Positions 11,889-26,199 of a DNA stretch of 64,000 bases are shown here, piece by piece (position 1 is the first letter of the stretch; each line of letters starts with the position of its first letter). The DNA is taken from contig NC_042998.1 in assembly GCF_006345805.1 (NCBI RefSeq), positions 107,260,001 to 107,324,000 of the forward strand, written 5' to 3'. Position numbers and translations under genes: made by a program. The stretch comes from Octopus sinensis. Lineage: Eukaryota. The notes beneath the pieces were generated by a model that worked only from the letters and a program-made list of their open reading frames with translations, searched no databases and was not told where the DNA came from.

Positions 11889-13278
11889 ATATATATTATA
11901 TGTATATACATATATATATATACATTATATGTATATATACATACATACATGCATATATATACATATATACATACATACATATATACATACATACATACAT
12001 ACATACACACATACATACATACATACATACATACATACATACATACATACATACATACATACATACATACATACATACATGCATATATATATATGTATAT
12101 ATGTATATGTGTATATACACATACAAACATGCACACATATACACACACCAATATGTCTACAGTATTTTTTCTATCTCTGTCTTTCTCTTAGCAAACTATT
12201 TTCATTTCTCAATAACATTTAGTTAACTTATTAAATTACAACTACTGAATATTATGAAATTTCAATTTTAACTGAAGTAACTTATTACAAAAGTAAACAG
12301 AAATGTTGATCCAAATTTATAAATTTCTCTTGAGAAAAGCAAACAAATGTTCGTTATTTTTACTATTCATAATAAATTCCTTTTATTATTTTTTTTTTGA
12401 AAATAAATGTCATCTATTTAGATAGTTAGCTAAAATTCTATCTGCATAACTATCTATTTATACCAATGTCTATCTATCCATTTGCCTGTCCTTCTTTCTT
12501 TCTACCTCTCTCATTTTTCATTCTCCCTTTCTCACTTTTCTTTTTCTCACTATTTCTTTTTCTCTCCCTCTCTTTCTTCTTCTCTCCCACCCCCTCTTTT
12601 TCCGTCTTTCTCTTTCTGCCCTTATACCTCTCTCTCTCTCTCTCTTTCTCTCTCACTCACTCACTCCCTCTGAATCACTAATTCTTTTTTCCTTATTTCT
12701 TTCCTTCCTTCTTTTTTCCTTCCTTCTTCCTTCCCAACATGCAAATACCCAAAATTCCCAAGCACTATCTGTCCACCTTAGTTCCTTTTCTTCCTTCATT
12801 TCAGAAAGATAGTTGAATGATTAATCTCTTACACCCATTTTCAAGAAATCTGCAACTGTCACTTTCATAAAAGCAAGTAAAATTACTGGTTTTAACGTAA
12901 GACTTGCTTTGTTGATTTTCCCATATCAACCTGTTACCATCCGATACAGATTTTCCTTCACTTTAAAACGGCGTCAATTCCCTGTCAGTGTAACATTCTC
13001 CATGTCAATAAGCAAAGCAAAAAATCAAGAGCAAAGCTTACAAAACTGTGACATTTATCTCCTTACAACAGTGTTCACAAACGTTCGGTTGTATATTGCT
13101 CTCAATAGAGTTGGGGAACCTTCGCACATAGAGAGTTTTGCTCCCGAAAGTTAATATACTACATCAAGAAGATGTCGCAGGCATTCCGATCCTGAAATTG
13201 TTATAATCACGAAAAATATTCCCTACATAGACGCCTGACTGTCAAATTTTCTATTTGGGGAATGTTGTATGTAATGTT

Positions 13279-13483
13279 GATTTCAAATTTTGGCACAAGA
13301 CTACCAACTTCGACCCCAGTGTTACATTGACCCTAGTGTTCAACTGATACTTATTTTATCGCCCCCAAAAGGATGAAAGGCAAAGTCGACCCCGGCGGAA
13401 TTTGAACTCATAACGTAAAGATGAACGAAGCACCGCAAAGCATGTTGCCCGGGATGCTAACAATTCTCTCAGCTCGCCGCCTT
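13279..13483 (-). mobile_element. tRNA-derived SINE family A
   Basis: The minus strand begins aaggcggcgagctg..., followed by B-box gagttcaaattcc and the gcctttcatcctttt core. Confidence 0.8.
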
Positions 13484-15509
13484 AATGTTGTATATAATGT
13501 TGCAAATAGAAGTAATAAAAGGATAAAAATTAATATATATTTTGTTCTTTTAAATGCTTCTTTTATGTAAACGTTGTTTTACTTATCTACTGCAAAATTC
13601 TTTCCTGAAGATATACTTACATTTCAATGAAGCAAATATTACTTATTCCGTATATCAAAAAACGGTCATGTACTAGTTGTTTATATATTATTTGATGTAT
13701 AATGGAATGGATTTTTAACAAAGAAGACTCTCCCACCAAAAGTGGTAAAACCATCTACAGGCAAAATTTCACTCTTATTTAAATTTAAAAAACCCCGCTG
13801 ATAAATTCACTAAAATCCAATATGAAAAAATGACTGAAGCATTAAGACAAAAATAGCAATCTATTTAGTGTGTATTATTAGTTTCTTGTTCTTCGTCTTG
13901 TTCTTCCTAAAGGAATGAAAATGGTGGTTTTTATTCACTCCTTTTTCACTTCCATCCGCCCCATTGCTTGAGTACACTCCGTCGAAGGACCTTAAAATGA
14001 AACAACCGGTTTTTCACCCATAGAGTAGTCGACAATCCGAATTTATGGACACCTAAGAGATTCTCCTGAGTTTAACAAGCTAGAATGCACTAAGCTGTTT
14101 ATTATGAAGAAATGTTACACTGGATATCATGAACCAGAGACATGCCTAAATGCTTCTGCAAAATTGCAATTTGTGCCGAGAGTAGTCTATAGAATTTATC
14201 TCAAAAGGGAAAAGGTAAAACTGACTTCGGCGAAAATCGGAACAAAGTATCCATGTCTTTTGGTCTGACGCTCTACTGGTTCTACCTATTAATATAATTA
14301 ATGTTGACATTAATATTTTAATGTCAAATATATCAGTGTTTCTAAAGCATTCTTGCCAACGCAGTTTCCTCAAAATTCATATTGTATTCTTGTGTTTTTA
14401 GACTTTGCATTTTATGTCCAAAATTATTTTCCCTGTGTACAATTAATTAATTGATTGATTGGAGATGTGCATAGCTTTGTAACATTTGAACCACAATATC
14501 AGTAAGTGATAAATTCTAACAGATACGTATATTTTTAACAATAAAAACATTTATCGATGAGATGCGTTCAACATATTGAATATATATCATTAAATTTAAC
14601 TTCAATTTATAATTTCTATTTGTTTGTTTTTCTCTGTAACTGACTATTATTAAATTTCTCCGTTTCTCAATACTAACAATAAATCTTTAGGTTTCTATTT
14701 TGTGTTTCATTTCTTCTTGTACGTGACAAGAAAAGAAATTTCAGTTCCTTGTTGACTTGCGTGATATATTTAATTCCGATTGATCTATTTATTTATTGTA
14801 AAATGAAACGTTTATCAAATCGAAAAATGTTACTATTACTAATAGTTATTTTGTATATTATTTCTTGCATAAGAAACGATTATTCAGAGACAACGTCACT
14901 CAACAATTGTAGATAGTACAAGGTATCTCTCTAAACCAATTATTCTTCGCTAAGCCAGTATAACGGCACTACTAAATAGAATGTGTCAGATTTAGATTTA
15001 ATATATTCCGACTTCCTACACTAAGAATCAGTCTAAGATGGTTTACAAAATTAAATTTACAAATCATTCTGGTGTTTATTTTGAAGAGAAAAAAAACTTC
15101 ACAAATATTTCTGGTAACAATCCAATAAATTCTATAGACGATCTGCAACACAAATTACTTGCAATGCTGCAGAAGTGTTTAAATATATTTCTAGATTATG
15201 ATGTCCAGTAAAACTTCCCTTCAGAGTAAACAACTTAGTGTATTCTAGCTTACTAAATTAACAATGACTTCTCTCATTTTATCTTGGCAGTAGGGACTAA
15301 TTAAAAAATAACAAATTTTGTGATGTATCCAAATCACACTGATATATGTACACACACACACATACACACATACACGTGTGTATGTGTGTGTTTGCGTGCA
15401 TACGTGTGTGTGTATCAACTTACTAATTTGTATATAAAAATATACAGAAGAATTCGTTTGTAAATAAAATTTTTTTACGTTAATGTAAACATGCATTCAC
15501 AAACTTTTA

Positions 15510-15803
15510 ATTTATCGACACTGATAGAATGAAAGGCAAAGCTGACCTCGGCGGAATTTGAGGTCAGAACGTAGCAGCAAACGAAATACATATTTCTTTA
15601 CTAACCACAAGGGGCTAAACACAGAGAGGACAAACAAGGACAGACAAACGGATTAAGTCGCAACTGGTACTTATTTAATCGACTCCGAAAGGATGAAAGG
15701 CAAAGTCGACCTCGACGGAATTTGAACTCAGAACGTAGCGGCAGACGAAATACCACTAAGTATTTCGCCCGGCGTGCTAACGATTCTGCCAGCTCGCCGC
15801 CTT
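15510..15803 (-). mobile_element. SINE family A, full copy plus adjacent partial copy
   Basis: Minus: aaggcggcgagctggcagaatcgttag (A-box-like)...gagttcaaattcc (B-box)...gcctttcatcctttcggagtcgattaaataagtaccag. Confidence 0.85.
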
Positions 15804-16939
15804 AGTAACTATGAATAGTAATGACGTTGTAAATATGTACAGTAGCTTTTTATATCATTTCCATCTTTGCTACTGTTCTACAAATGTATGGTGGGGATGG
15901 GGACAATTGACTATATCAATCTCAGTATTTTACTGGTACTTTACTGGTAATGAAAGGCAAAGTTGACCTGTGGAACAGAATTAAATACTACAAATTCTTT
16001 TTCTCTGGCGCTCCACCGATTTTGACAAAGTATTTTGGCATTACACATATCAACATATGTAGACAAGATATAATTTTTTATGCTTCACTTTTAATACTTT
16101 ATGTACGTAGGCATCACCATATAACAAGAAGTAAGCTCTGAATCTATGATCTTGAATCCATGATCTGTATCCATGATCACTGAATCCAAATCCCTATTCA
16201 TGCCATTTTGCTTATCTTATTTACTGTTCTTAAAAAGACCTGAACATAACGTAATTACACGTCACCCTGCAAAGTATAAATTTGTAGCCTTATGACTAAT
16301 AAAGAAATCATAATTATTCAATAACTTCAGGCATCATTCTTTACAACATTCTATAACAACTGTGACCAAACAGTGGTTGTAAGCCGTATCTGCTTTTGAA
16401 GCTTTTATGTGTGACTTCCAACATAATATTTGGACTGTTTTTCCTACAATAGCTTTATCATCCAACCAGAAACATGAAAACTCATTAAAAATGGCTTCAA
16501 CGAGCTGAGGTTAATTAATATACTTTAGTGAGTAAAATTATGTAGTGGTATATTTTCTTATATAAAAATATACTTTAGAAAAATATGTTAGAGCTCTTGA
16601 GAGTTAAAATAGTATTATTTGTGGATCTTCTTATCAAACAACTTGTCGCTTATATTGCATAATATAGTGACACTTTGAGCGTTAGGTATATCTCCAATGT
16701 ATTTAAATTTCTATTTAGCACTTCACAGAAAATTCTGTATTTAGATTTCTGATGCCATTCAGTGAAAGCATCTGGGGTGGGGTGGGGGCATTGAATATCA
16801 GCTAGAATATCTTTATTTTCTAAATTTGTGAATGACCATTTAATTCTGCTTAATGTAATCTCAGCTATGAGGCAATAAATTAACAAGCAATTAGTCATTG
16901 TTTAATAAATGAGTAGCCTGCTACCCAAAACCATCAGAG

Positions 16940-17486
16940 TCAAAATTGACCAGAGAGAACTTACCATAGACTACTATCTTACCGAGGAAAGAGTTATCAG
17001 AGAATGTGCAGATTAGTTACGGTTCAGTCCAGTCCATTATCACTGAATATTTGGGTATGAGACGCGTGTCGGTCGAGTTTCTGCCAAAATTGCTTTCAAC
17101 TGACAACGCACCTTCCCATTCAGCGCAGCTTGTGCAGCAGTTTTTGGCTAGGCACACTGGTTAGGCACACCTTTCCCCAGGTCCGACAGCAACCGTATTC
17201 CCTAGATCTCGCTTCTTGCGACTTTTTTCTCTTTCCAAACATCAAACCCCGCTTGAAAGGAAGAAGATTTCAGGACGTCGAGGAAATCAAAGTAAATGCG
17301 ACGAGGCAGCTGCTGATTATCCCAGAAACTGAGTTCCATGAATGGTTCCATCAATGGAAACAGCGTTAGATTAAGTGTGTGGCTTCCGAAAAAGACTACT
17401 TTGAAGAATATAAATGCTAAATTGGTACATGTTGTAGTTTTGTTTTTATAGCACTGGTCTGGATACTTATTGATCAGATCTTGTAC
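16940..17486 (+). mobile_element. Internally deleted mariner (Tc1/mariner) transposase remnant
   Basis: GSVQSIITEYLGMRRVSVEFLPKLL is joined to DNAPSHSAQLVQQFL, followed by PYSLDLASCDFFLFPNIKPRLKGRRF (YSPDLAPxD motif) and KCVASEKDYFE. A TIR-like end '...tacttattgatcagatcttg' precedes TA. Confidence 0.85.
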
Positions 17487-17562
17487 TAATTTGCCTCATT
17501 CCTTAAGACTGTGTGTTTATATATAGTTAAAAAATTGTGTGTGTGTGTGTATGTCTGTGTGT

Positions 17563-17607
<45 letters not shown>

Positions 17608-18049
17608 TGGGTAGAAAATCGGTGTTTCTCCCCAATGGCTATCTACACTCTTGAATTTGAATCCTGAGAAAAATTGCAAATCTACAAGTCCAAAAATTCT
17701 AGATACATGACTGGTAAGAGCGGTGCGTAAGTCTTACGACAAGAAACATATAATCCAAATAAGAACACAAAGATTTGAATTTAGCACATCTTTATCATTA
17801 GCTACAATTGTTTCAGTGCCACTCCTTTTCTAATGCATGTAAATGATGAAAAGTTATGCAATATATGTGATTGATTATATTGAAGTGGCCGTTTTATGAG
17901 ACTAACAACGAAACGTTCTTTTTACATTGTGGGACAAACATGAATTTTATGTTGCTCATTTGGAATGAAAACAGGACAGCAAGTATATATGCAATAAAAA
18001 TAAATATGATGAATGAAAATGAATAAAAACGCGACCGACAAGAAGAAGA

Positions 18050-18222
18050 AGAAGAGTACTCAGTAGAACTGTTACAAGAGGTTTGCCTCCTTGGCACGAC
18101 CAGAATAATCAGGAAAGCATTAGATAGCTGAAAATAATGGATAGTATAGGTACCGTAGGCTACAGGTAGCCCGCTAAGCATGTATGACTCCAGGAGCTCC
18201 AACAAAACCTGTGATAAAGAGA
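18050..18222 (+). mobile_element. R4/Dong-like extreme 3' fragment
   Basis: VELLQEVCLLGTTRIIRKALDS*, then a short UTR and (AAT)n. Confidence 0.7.
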
Positions 18223-18283
<61 letters not shown>

Positions 18284-18309
18284 CAACAACAACAACAACA
18301 ACAACAACG

Positions 18310-18372
<63 letters not shown>

Positions 18373-18376
18373 AATA

Positions 18377-18429
<53 letters not shown>

Positions 18430-18432
<3 letters not shown>

Positions 18433-18928
18433 GTATGAGAAAACCTCAGAGGAAGTCACCGAGAATGAGAATTGCAAAATCCTGTGGAATGTAATGATCC
18501 AGTGCGATCACCTGACCAGACATTGGAAACCGGACATTGCTGTGGTGAATAAAACAGAAAGAACATGCATGATAATCGACATAACATGCCCCGGTGACAA
18601 CAGGATCAATGTGATAGAAGAAAAAATAAACAACCATGACGATTGGAGGTGGGAAATACGAAGGGTGTGGTCAATGAAGAGAGTAGACGTGATATCAATA
18701 GTAATTGGTGCACTTGGAAGTATTAGCACTCAACAACCAGCATGGCTAAAAAAGATTAGTGCAAGTATGAAGGTAGAACACCTACAAAAATCAGTATTGC
18801 TTGAGAATGCAAGAATTCTTCGCAGGTTTCTTGAAGCATGACTGGTAAACAAGTGTCACCTTAGTCTGCTGGCTATGGAGAGCCAACACTTTCCATCAGA
18901 AAAATATGCTGTGAGTTTTCATTACTTA
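18430..18928 (+). mobile_element. R4/Dong-like RLE domain fragment within (AAT)n
   Basis: WYEKTSEEVTENENCKILWN...KPDIAVVNK...IIDITCPGD...IVIGALG...LQKSVLLENARILRRFLEA* (PD-D RLE). (AAT)n lies on both sides. Confidence 0.85.
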
Positions 18929-18940
18929 ATAATAATAATA

Positions 18941-19001
<61 letters not shown>

Positions 19002-19087
19002 TTATGACTTGACAGATACACATACTCCGGTAGACACGATATTTTCAATCAGCAACATCACAATATTGGATGCTGTGCGACGTCTTA

Positions 19088-19326
<239 letters not shown>

Positions 19327-19725
19327 GGGTGATGATGATGAAGATGGTGATGAGGATAATAATGCAGCGAATACGAAACAGCACGGACGTGTGACAGCGA
19401 GCTGCCGAGAAGATAGATCAAATCTGAAACCATCACGAAGCAGGAATTAAGAATCCGCAAAAACAATGAAAGAAAACGATGTTTTAATGTAAGCTGTCAC
19501 AGGAAACTGAAAGATTTTTCTTATATGGCGTGTATATATATATATACAAAAAAATAGCTTCCTCTTAGACAGCAGCATGATGCATGTAAAAATGTAAACC
19601 ATATTTCTAATATGTAAACAATATTTCACTACGAAAACTGCAAACCTTTGAGTAATTTTTTAATTTTAAATTTTAATAACATATACAACCATATTTATAC
19701 AAGATCTATATATATGTATATATCT

Positions 19726-19817
<92 letters not shown>

Positions 19818-20009
19818 TTGCTGCTTCTTCTCGGTTTCTCACTGATATATCAATTATAATTATAAAGAAACATCAACACATGTCCATGGGCGGTGTTCAG
19901 TTAAGAAAACGCTATAAAAATGTACCCATGATAATACCGATCAAAAGAGAAAGAACGGGGGACAGATAACCATAAATACTATGAAATATTTTATTTATGA
20001 TTTACACCA

Positions 20010-20305
20010 ACTACTATGCAACACTCCTCCAAAAACATACAGTAATAAACTCATACCGTAAATATCCAACATGAACATGTGCCATAGAAGCCCGATGTCC
20101 GACAAAGAACACAACCTGCGCTGCACAAACAACACACAATACAAAAACTAATATAACAGAAGAATCAAAGCAAACCCCATAACAAAATATACTGATACAA
20201 TACAATACCCTGCCAAAAAATGCAGCAGACATCATCCCACCAGCACAAAGGTGCAACAAATGATGCAATAGAAAATTGCTTGAAACTATCAGATGTCGAG
20301 AAATA
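20010..20305 (+). mobile_element. R4-like 3' UTR remnant
   Basis: Its end 'gatgcaatagaaaattgcttgaaactatcagatgtcgag' resembles 3490-3530, the 3' UTR of an R4-like fragment. Confidence 0.45.
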
Positions 20306-20349
20306 ATAGTGGTGATGACGTTGGCGACGACCGTTATCTTACATCATTT

Positions 20350-21474
20350 TATGAGAGACAGAAGTTTCCGAAGAAACTCTGGTTGTAACAGCGAAAATGA
20401 AGCTGGACTTTTACGGGAGGGCCCCTCGCTTGGCAGTGGTTCAGTAAAGATGCAGACTGACCGCAGCTGTTTTCCTAATACAGCATCAGCAGATAATAGA
20501 GTAAATAGGAGGGAATGGATCAGCGAAGAAAACAGGATAGTGATGCAATACTATTTAGAAAGTAGACCTAAAAGAAGGAGCTATAGAAAACGGATGTAAA
20601 CACTTTGGGTTGAGAAGAGTATGTTTAAAGTGACTGAGCAGAGATTAGTAGATCAAGTTACTGCTATTAGGAGAAGAATGTGGATGACAGAATTGGAGGT
20701 GGGAGAGATCACAAGAAAACTGGAAAAGAAGGACCAGGCAGTAGGAAACACAAACAACATAAGAGATACAGCTCAAACCAAAGAAGAACCTAAAAGAAAA
20801 AAATAATAATAGCGCTACCAATAAGGAAGGGACAACTGGCACCAGTGACTTAAGTGATTTAAGTGAGGAAGATGAGAAGATTTTAGATGAGTTGCAGGGA
20901 GTAATAAGTAAAGTAAGAAAAAGATTGTCAGCATTAAAAGGCACAAACTGAAGGAAGCTGCAAGAAATACCTAGGAAAGAAGATTCTGTTATGAGTAGGA
21001 TAGATACTATAAATATAGGAAACACTAACTTACTGATCTATGTAGAGGGTGCAGTAGTCACCAGAAGATTAGATATCTCACAGGGAAAGATGAAAAGGAG
21101 CAAATGTGGAAAAGGAGACTACAAAATTAAGTGAAGACTTTAAGACAAGATCTGAGTAGAATAGAAGCCTGGAAACTGAACAAGTTAGGAAACACAAGAT
21201 ACAAAACCTCCCTTGAGAAAAGATAATTAGTCAAAGAGAAAGGATTTTAGACAGTAATAGAAGAGTTGAAACAGCGTACCATAGCAGTAGATCAGTATCA
21301 ACAGAATAGATTATTTGAGACAGGCGAGAGATTTCATAATCAAATAAATAGTGGAGAACGAAGTACTGAAGGTGAGAAACCTAATGCAGAAGAACTAGAA
21401 AGTTCTGGAGTAATATTTGGGATAAACCAGTCAATCATAATGGAGATGCAGTATGGTTAAAGAAAGTGAGGGAC
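20350..21474 (+). mobile_element. R4/Dong-like element, 5' (pre-RT) portion only
   Basis: RREWISEENRIVMQYYLESRPKRRSYRKRM...VTEQRLVDQVTAIRRRMWMTELE...QYQQNRLFE...FWSNIWDKP. It stops before the RT. Confidence 0.75.
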
Positions 21475-24400
21475 TAATAGATCAAGCAAGAACAATCCAT
21501 AGGAATGACTGGATTACGGAAGTAGAGATTGAAGAAATTCAGAAAAACATAACTAAAAAAAGAGCAGGAAAATGAAACAGCAGTAGCAGAAAGCGGTAGC
21601 GAAGGGGTAAGAGATGAAGAACGTAAAATAGATGGAAACCGTAGAGTACCAGAGAATACTGATAAAGTAACTAATGAAGACGATCTAGAAGGGCAAATGA
21701 CAATAAGTACTGCAAAAGAATTGAATGATGAAGAGAAGGGGATTTTAGAAATGTTGCGAGGTAAAATAGCTGGAGTAATCTTGTGATAGACTTGTGTCCT
21801 ATCCAGGGGGAATATACTTGCCACAGACACCAGTAAACTTTTCCTATGAATATGTGATGCATAACAAGTGAGGAAAGCCATAGGCAAAGTAAATGACGTT
21901 TTAGGCATGATTAAAACAGAAAACATCAGTGAAACAAACCTGCTAATCATAGCTGCTGCTAATGTCATAGCTAACATAGTATGCTACAAGCGAAAAACTG
22001 AAGATATAAAAGCAAATGAAAAGAAAGAACCAAACTGGAAAAAGAGAATACGAATGAAGCTGGAAAAGACACGAAAAGAACTGGGGCAATTGAATAGGAT
22101 AATGAGAGGAGAGCTCAAGAATAAGGTAGTAAGCAGAGAATTGAATAGACAGTACAAATTAGAAGAAATGGAAAAATACATGAAGAACTAACACAAAAGA
22201 TGACAGCATTAAAGGCCAAATTGAAAAGATACTACATACAAAGGTTTCGAATAGAATAGATTGATCCAATCGAATAGAAGGCGTCTATTCGAGGAAATAG
22301 TGGGAACTGATTTCAGATGTGGAAGAAAGTAAAGAATTTTGTGGAAGTCTGTAGAGCATAAAGAAAGCGCAGAGTGGCTAACAAAGGTAGAAAGACAACT
22401 TGAAACTGTACCAAGACAAAAAGACGTCAGAATTAATCTGTATACAGTGAGACAGAAGTTAATAAAAATAGTAAACTGGAAAAGACCAGGCCTGGATGGA
22501 ATACAAGGCTATTGACTGAAGAACTTTACACAGTTGCACACAAGGATCGCTGCGCAACTGGATGACTGCCTGCAGCAAGGTCACGTCCCTCCCTAGATGG
22601 ACGAACGCTGCTATGCTTCAAGGATCCCTTGAAAGGGAACTTAGCATCAAATTTTCTACCTGTACCCTGTTTACCAGTAATGTGCAAGCTTATGACTAAC
22701 GTCTTGGCAGAAGAGTTATACAATCATCTGGAAAGTAACAATCTACTTCCAGAACAGAAAAGATGCAGGAAACAAAGTAGGACAACAAAAGATTATTTAT
22801 TAGTTGATAAAATGATAATTAGAAATTGTAGGCGCAGACTGACGGAACTGAATGTAGCATAGCTAGATGACAAAAAAAGCATATGACATGGCACCACACA
22901 GTTGGGTAAGTAAAAAAAATGAGCATGTTTGGAATAGAAAAAATATGGAGAAAACATTGGAAAATATTGGAATTGATCGGAGGAAAAGAAAATCTCGGAA
23001 AAGTTAACATCAGGCGTGGAATATTTTGAGGTGCTAGCTTATCTCCATTACTATTCGTATTGGCCATGGCACTGCTCACTATGATACTACGAAAAGTTAA
23101 AATTGCTTACGAATTAGAAAAAGGAATTGGTCAGATAAATCATCTCCTTTTCATGGATGACATAAAGGTTTATGCGAAAAATGTACAAACTATCCGCATT
23201 TTCTCAAATGACGTAGGTATGGAATTTGGGATAGAAAAGTGCACTATATTGAAAACGAAACGAGGAGGATTTGAAAGAAGCCAGGGAATTGAAATGCCAA
23301 ATGGGCAAACAATGAGAGCGGTTGAGAAAGGACATTGGTATAAGTACTTGGGAATGCTGGAAGCAGATGAGCTAAAAAAAAATAAAGAAAAGATACAAAT
23401 TACCAGTAGAGAGTACACAAGGAGAGTGAGAAAATGATTGCAGTCAAAGTTGGATTCCAAAAATCTTATTGATGCAATAAATTCAAGAGCAGTACTCTTA
23501 ATCAGATATGGAGTTACAATAATAGACTGGACAGGAAACGAAATAAAGAAACTTGACAGAAAAACTAGGAAGTTGATGACAATGTATGGAGTACACATCC
23601 GAAATCTGATATCAACCGGCTGTATATAAGAAGATACCAGGATGGAAGAGGCTTAATAGCAGTAGAAGAATGTGTGCAGATGGAAAGAAAATGTCTTGTA
23701 GAGCATTTACAGAGCGACACAGAGAACCAACTAAAGGAGGTTAAGAAAGAACATGTGATGAAGCGCGTAATAAGAGAAAAAGACAAGAATGAAATACAAA
23801 GAGATCACGTCAAACAGATCAAAGTGAAACCTATGCATAGCTAGGTTTGGAGATCCACTGAAGACGTAGGTAGAGCAAAATCTTGGGCTTGGTTAAAAAA
23901 AGAACAGAAAGCCTAATCGTAGCAGCCCAAGATCAAACAAACAACTTGAGAAAATATATATATGGAGAGAATGTGTCAGAAAAATATAGAGCCTGTGGAA
24001 CTTGGAACGAAACAGCGGCACACATTGTCTGAGAATGTCCCAAGTTGGCACAGGAAGAATATAAGAAATGGAGGCACGACCAGGTTGTAAAAGTTTTACT
24101 GGAAACTGTATCAGAAATGGGGATAGATTTGAAGCTGGAAATCATCGAGTCAAAAGAGTACTGGAGTCGGAGAAATGTAAGATTTTGTGGAACTTTCCTT
24201 TTCAAACAGACAAGACGTTAGAAAATATTAGACCAGATATTACGATCATAGATAAGGGATAGCAAAGTTGCTTACTTATCAACCCATCACGCCCGTCTGA
24301 TTCCAGGATCGTAAAGAAAGAGGAAGAAAATCAAAGAAAGTACAATCCTTTAAAATGTGAAATAGGAAGAATTTGGGCATGCGAACAGTAAAGTTTGTGC

Positions 24401-24648
24401 CTATAATAAATAGTGCATTGGGAACAGTAAGCCAAGATATAGACAAATGGCTGAAGGAGATTGAAATAGAATGCCTGGTAGAGCTCCAACAGAAAGTTTG
24501 TCTCTTAGGGACAGCAAGGATTATCGGGAGAATTCTAAGCATTTGGAAGACTGCGGAAAACGTGTGGATACCTAAGGTTACATGTAGTAACACGCTACCC
24601 ACATAAATCCTACGAAGAATAAGACCAAACCTGAGCTTTGGTTCAATA
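21475..24648 (+). mobile_element. Near full-length decayed R4/Dong-like non-LTR retrotransposon (RT + zinc knuckle + RLE)
   Basis: LIDQARTIHRNDWITEVE; NWKRPGLDGIQGY; HLLFMDDIKVY (RT catalytic); YKYLG; AAQDQ; RPDITIIDK; LQQKVCLLGTARIIGRIL. Many stops and frameshifts; ends in (TAG)n. Confidence 0.9.
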
Positions 24649-24649
24649 A

Positions 24650-24744
<95 letters not shown>

Positions 24745-26195
24745 ATATGACAATGGGTAGGACAGTGATGTGCTTGAAAAACATCGAAAAAGGAAATACG
24801 GTAGACAATTACAGACCGAGATCCTGCTTGCTTCTTATGTGGAAATTATTGACTGCAAAGTAACAGAGTCAATGTACGGACATCTGGAAAAAATGGTGTC
24901 CTGCCACATGGGAAGAAGGGTTGCAAGCGTAAGCGCAGAGGTACCCAGGATCAACTCCTGGTAGACAAAACTGTACATTGAGACTGCAAGAAGAGGAAAA
25001 CTAACTTAACCATGTCATGGATCGATTATCGTAATGCGTACGATATGATCCCACATTCTTGGATTATGGAATGCATGAACCTATTTGGTATTGTATCGAA
25101 TGTTGAGCGAGTGTTTGGAAAAAGTATGGCGAAGTGAACGACGGAACTGACAGCATATGGAAGAAGTTTAGGGACAATAGAAATCAGGAGAGGATCTTCC
25201 AAGGGGAATGCCTGTCCCCACTGATCTTTGTACTGTGCATGATACCACTAACACTGATTCTGAGGAAAGCAAAGGTTGGATATGTATTCAAAAGCTGACA
25301 ACAAAAACTGAACCACTTGTTATTCATGGATGACCTCAAATTTTATGGTAAAAATGAATCCCGAATTAGTTCCCTCGTTGATACAGTGTATACTTTCAGT
25401 GCTGATATCGGAATGGTGTGTTAGTCTTGAAGGGAGGCAAACTCAAATGTATGGACGGGGGAGATTATGAAGCCGATAGAAGAGACGGGCTATAAGTACT
25501 TGGGGATACTGGAAATGGATATATTGATGGAGAAAGAAATGACAGAAAATTTTAAGGTGGAATACTTGCAGACTGAGACTGATCCTTAAGTCGAAATTAA
25601 ACATACGGAATAAGACTGAAGCTATCAACACCTGGGCGGTTTCATTACTTAGATATGGGGCAGGGGTAATCGCATGGACAGTAGACGAACTAAACAGCTT
25701 ATACAGAAAGACAAGAAAGTTGCTGACTAGATATGGGATACTCAACCCAAAAAGCGACACAGACGGACTGTATGTACCAAGAAAAAGAGAGGTAAGAGGA
25801 CTGATTGGATGCGAACACAACATTAGAGCAGAAAAAAACAACATAGCATGATATGTAAAAATTATTGAAAGTAAGAAGGTCAGCTTGTGTAAGATGGAAG
25901 ATTGCAAAGATAAAGCACTGTGCAAGCACTTGAAAATGAATGAAACTGAAAATAGGTGGATAAAGAATAAAATGTATTGACAATTTCATAGGGATTTTGA
26001 AGATAAGACAGACAGAGAAAAAGATAGCTATGGATGACAAAAAGTGATTTAAAACCGGAAACAGAGGCCCAAGAGCAAGCCCTAAAAGTGAATTACATCA
26101 AATACAGAATAGACAACACATCAGAAAGTGATAAGGGCAGAATTTGTTGACAAAATGGTGAAACCGTATGGCATATTACTAGTGATTGTACGGGA
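24745..26195 (+). mobile_element. Decayed R4/Dong-like RT fragment (third family in this cluster)
   Basis: DNYRP; DQLLVDK; WIDYRNAYDMIPHSW; QGECLSPL; HLLFMDDLKFY; YKYLG; AQEQALKVN; a degenerate knuckle ending ETVWHITSDC, then truncation. Confidence 0.85.
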
Positions 26196-26199
26196 ATAC

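Noticed and set aside
10665-12226. Many overlapping ORFs rich in YI/HT/CV repeats (also at 4674, 19085, 30795, 35912, 53111 and 61339)
   Set aside because: They are translations of (TA)n, (TACA)n, (TC)n, (AAT)n and (TG)n microsatellites.
15720-15803. tRNA gene suggested by A/B boxes
   Set aside because: No full cloverleaf is evident, and it continues into a multi-copy SINE body.
17790-17830. Minus-strand GAAAC-aatt-GTA half-hammerhead
   Set aside because: No upstream CTGANGA was found; at most it is a decayed pLTR piece.
20258-20300. tgatgcaat...attgcttgaaac...gtc resembling an HHR in an R4 3' UTR
   Set aside because: The core is incomplete and not preserved in the related copy at ~3490-3525.
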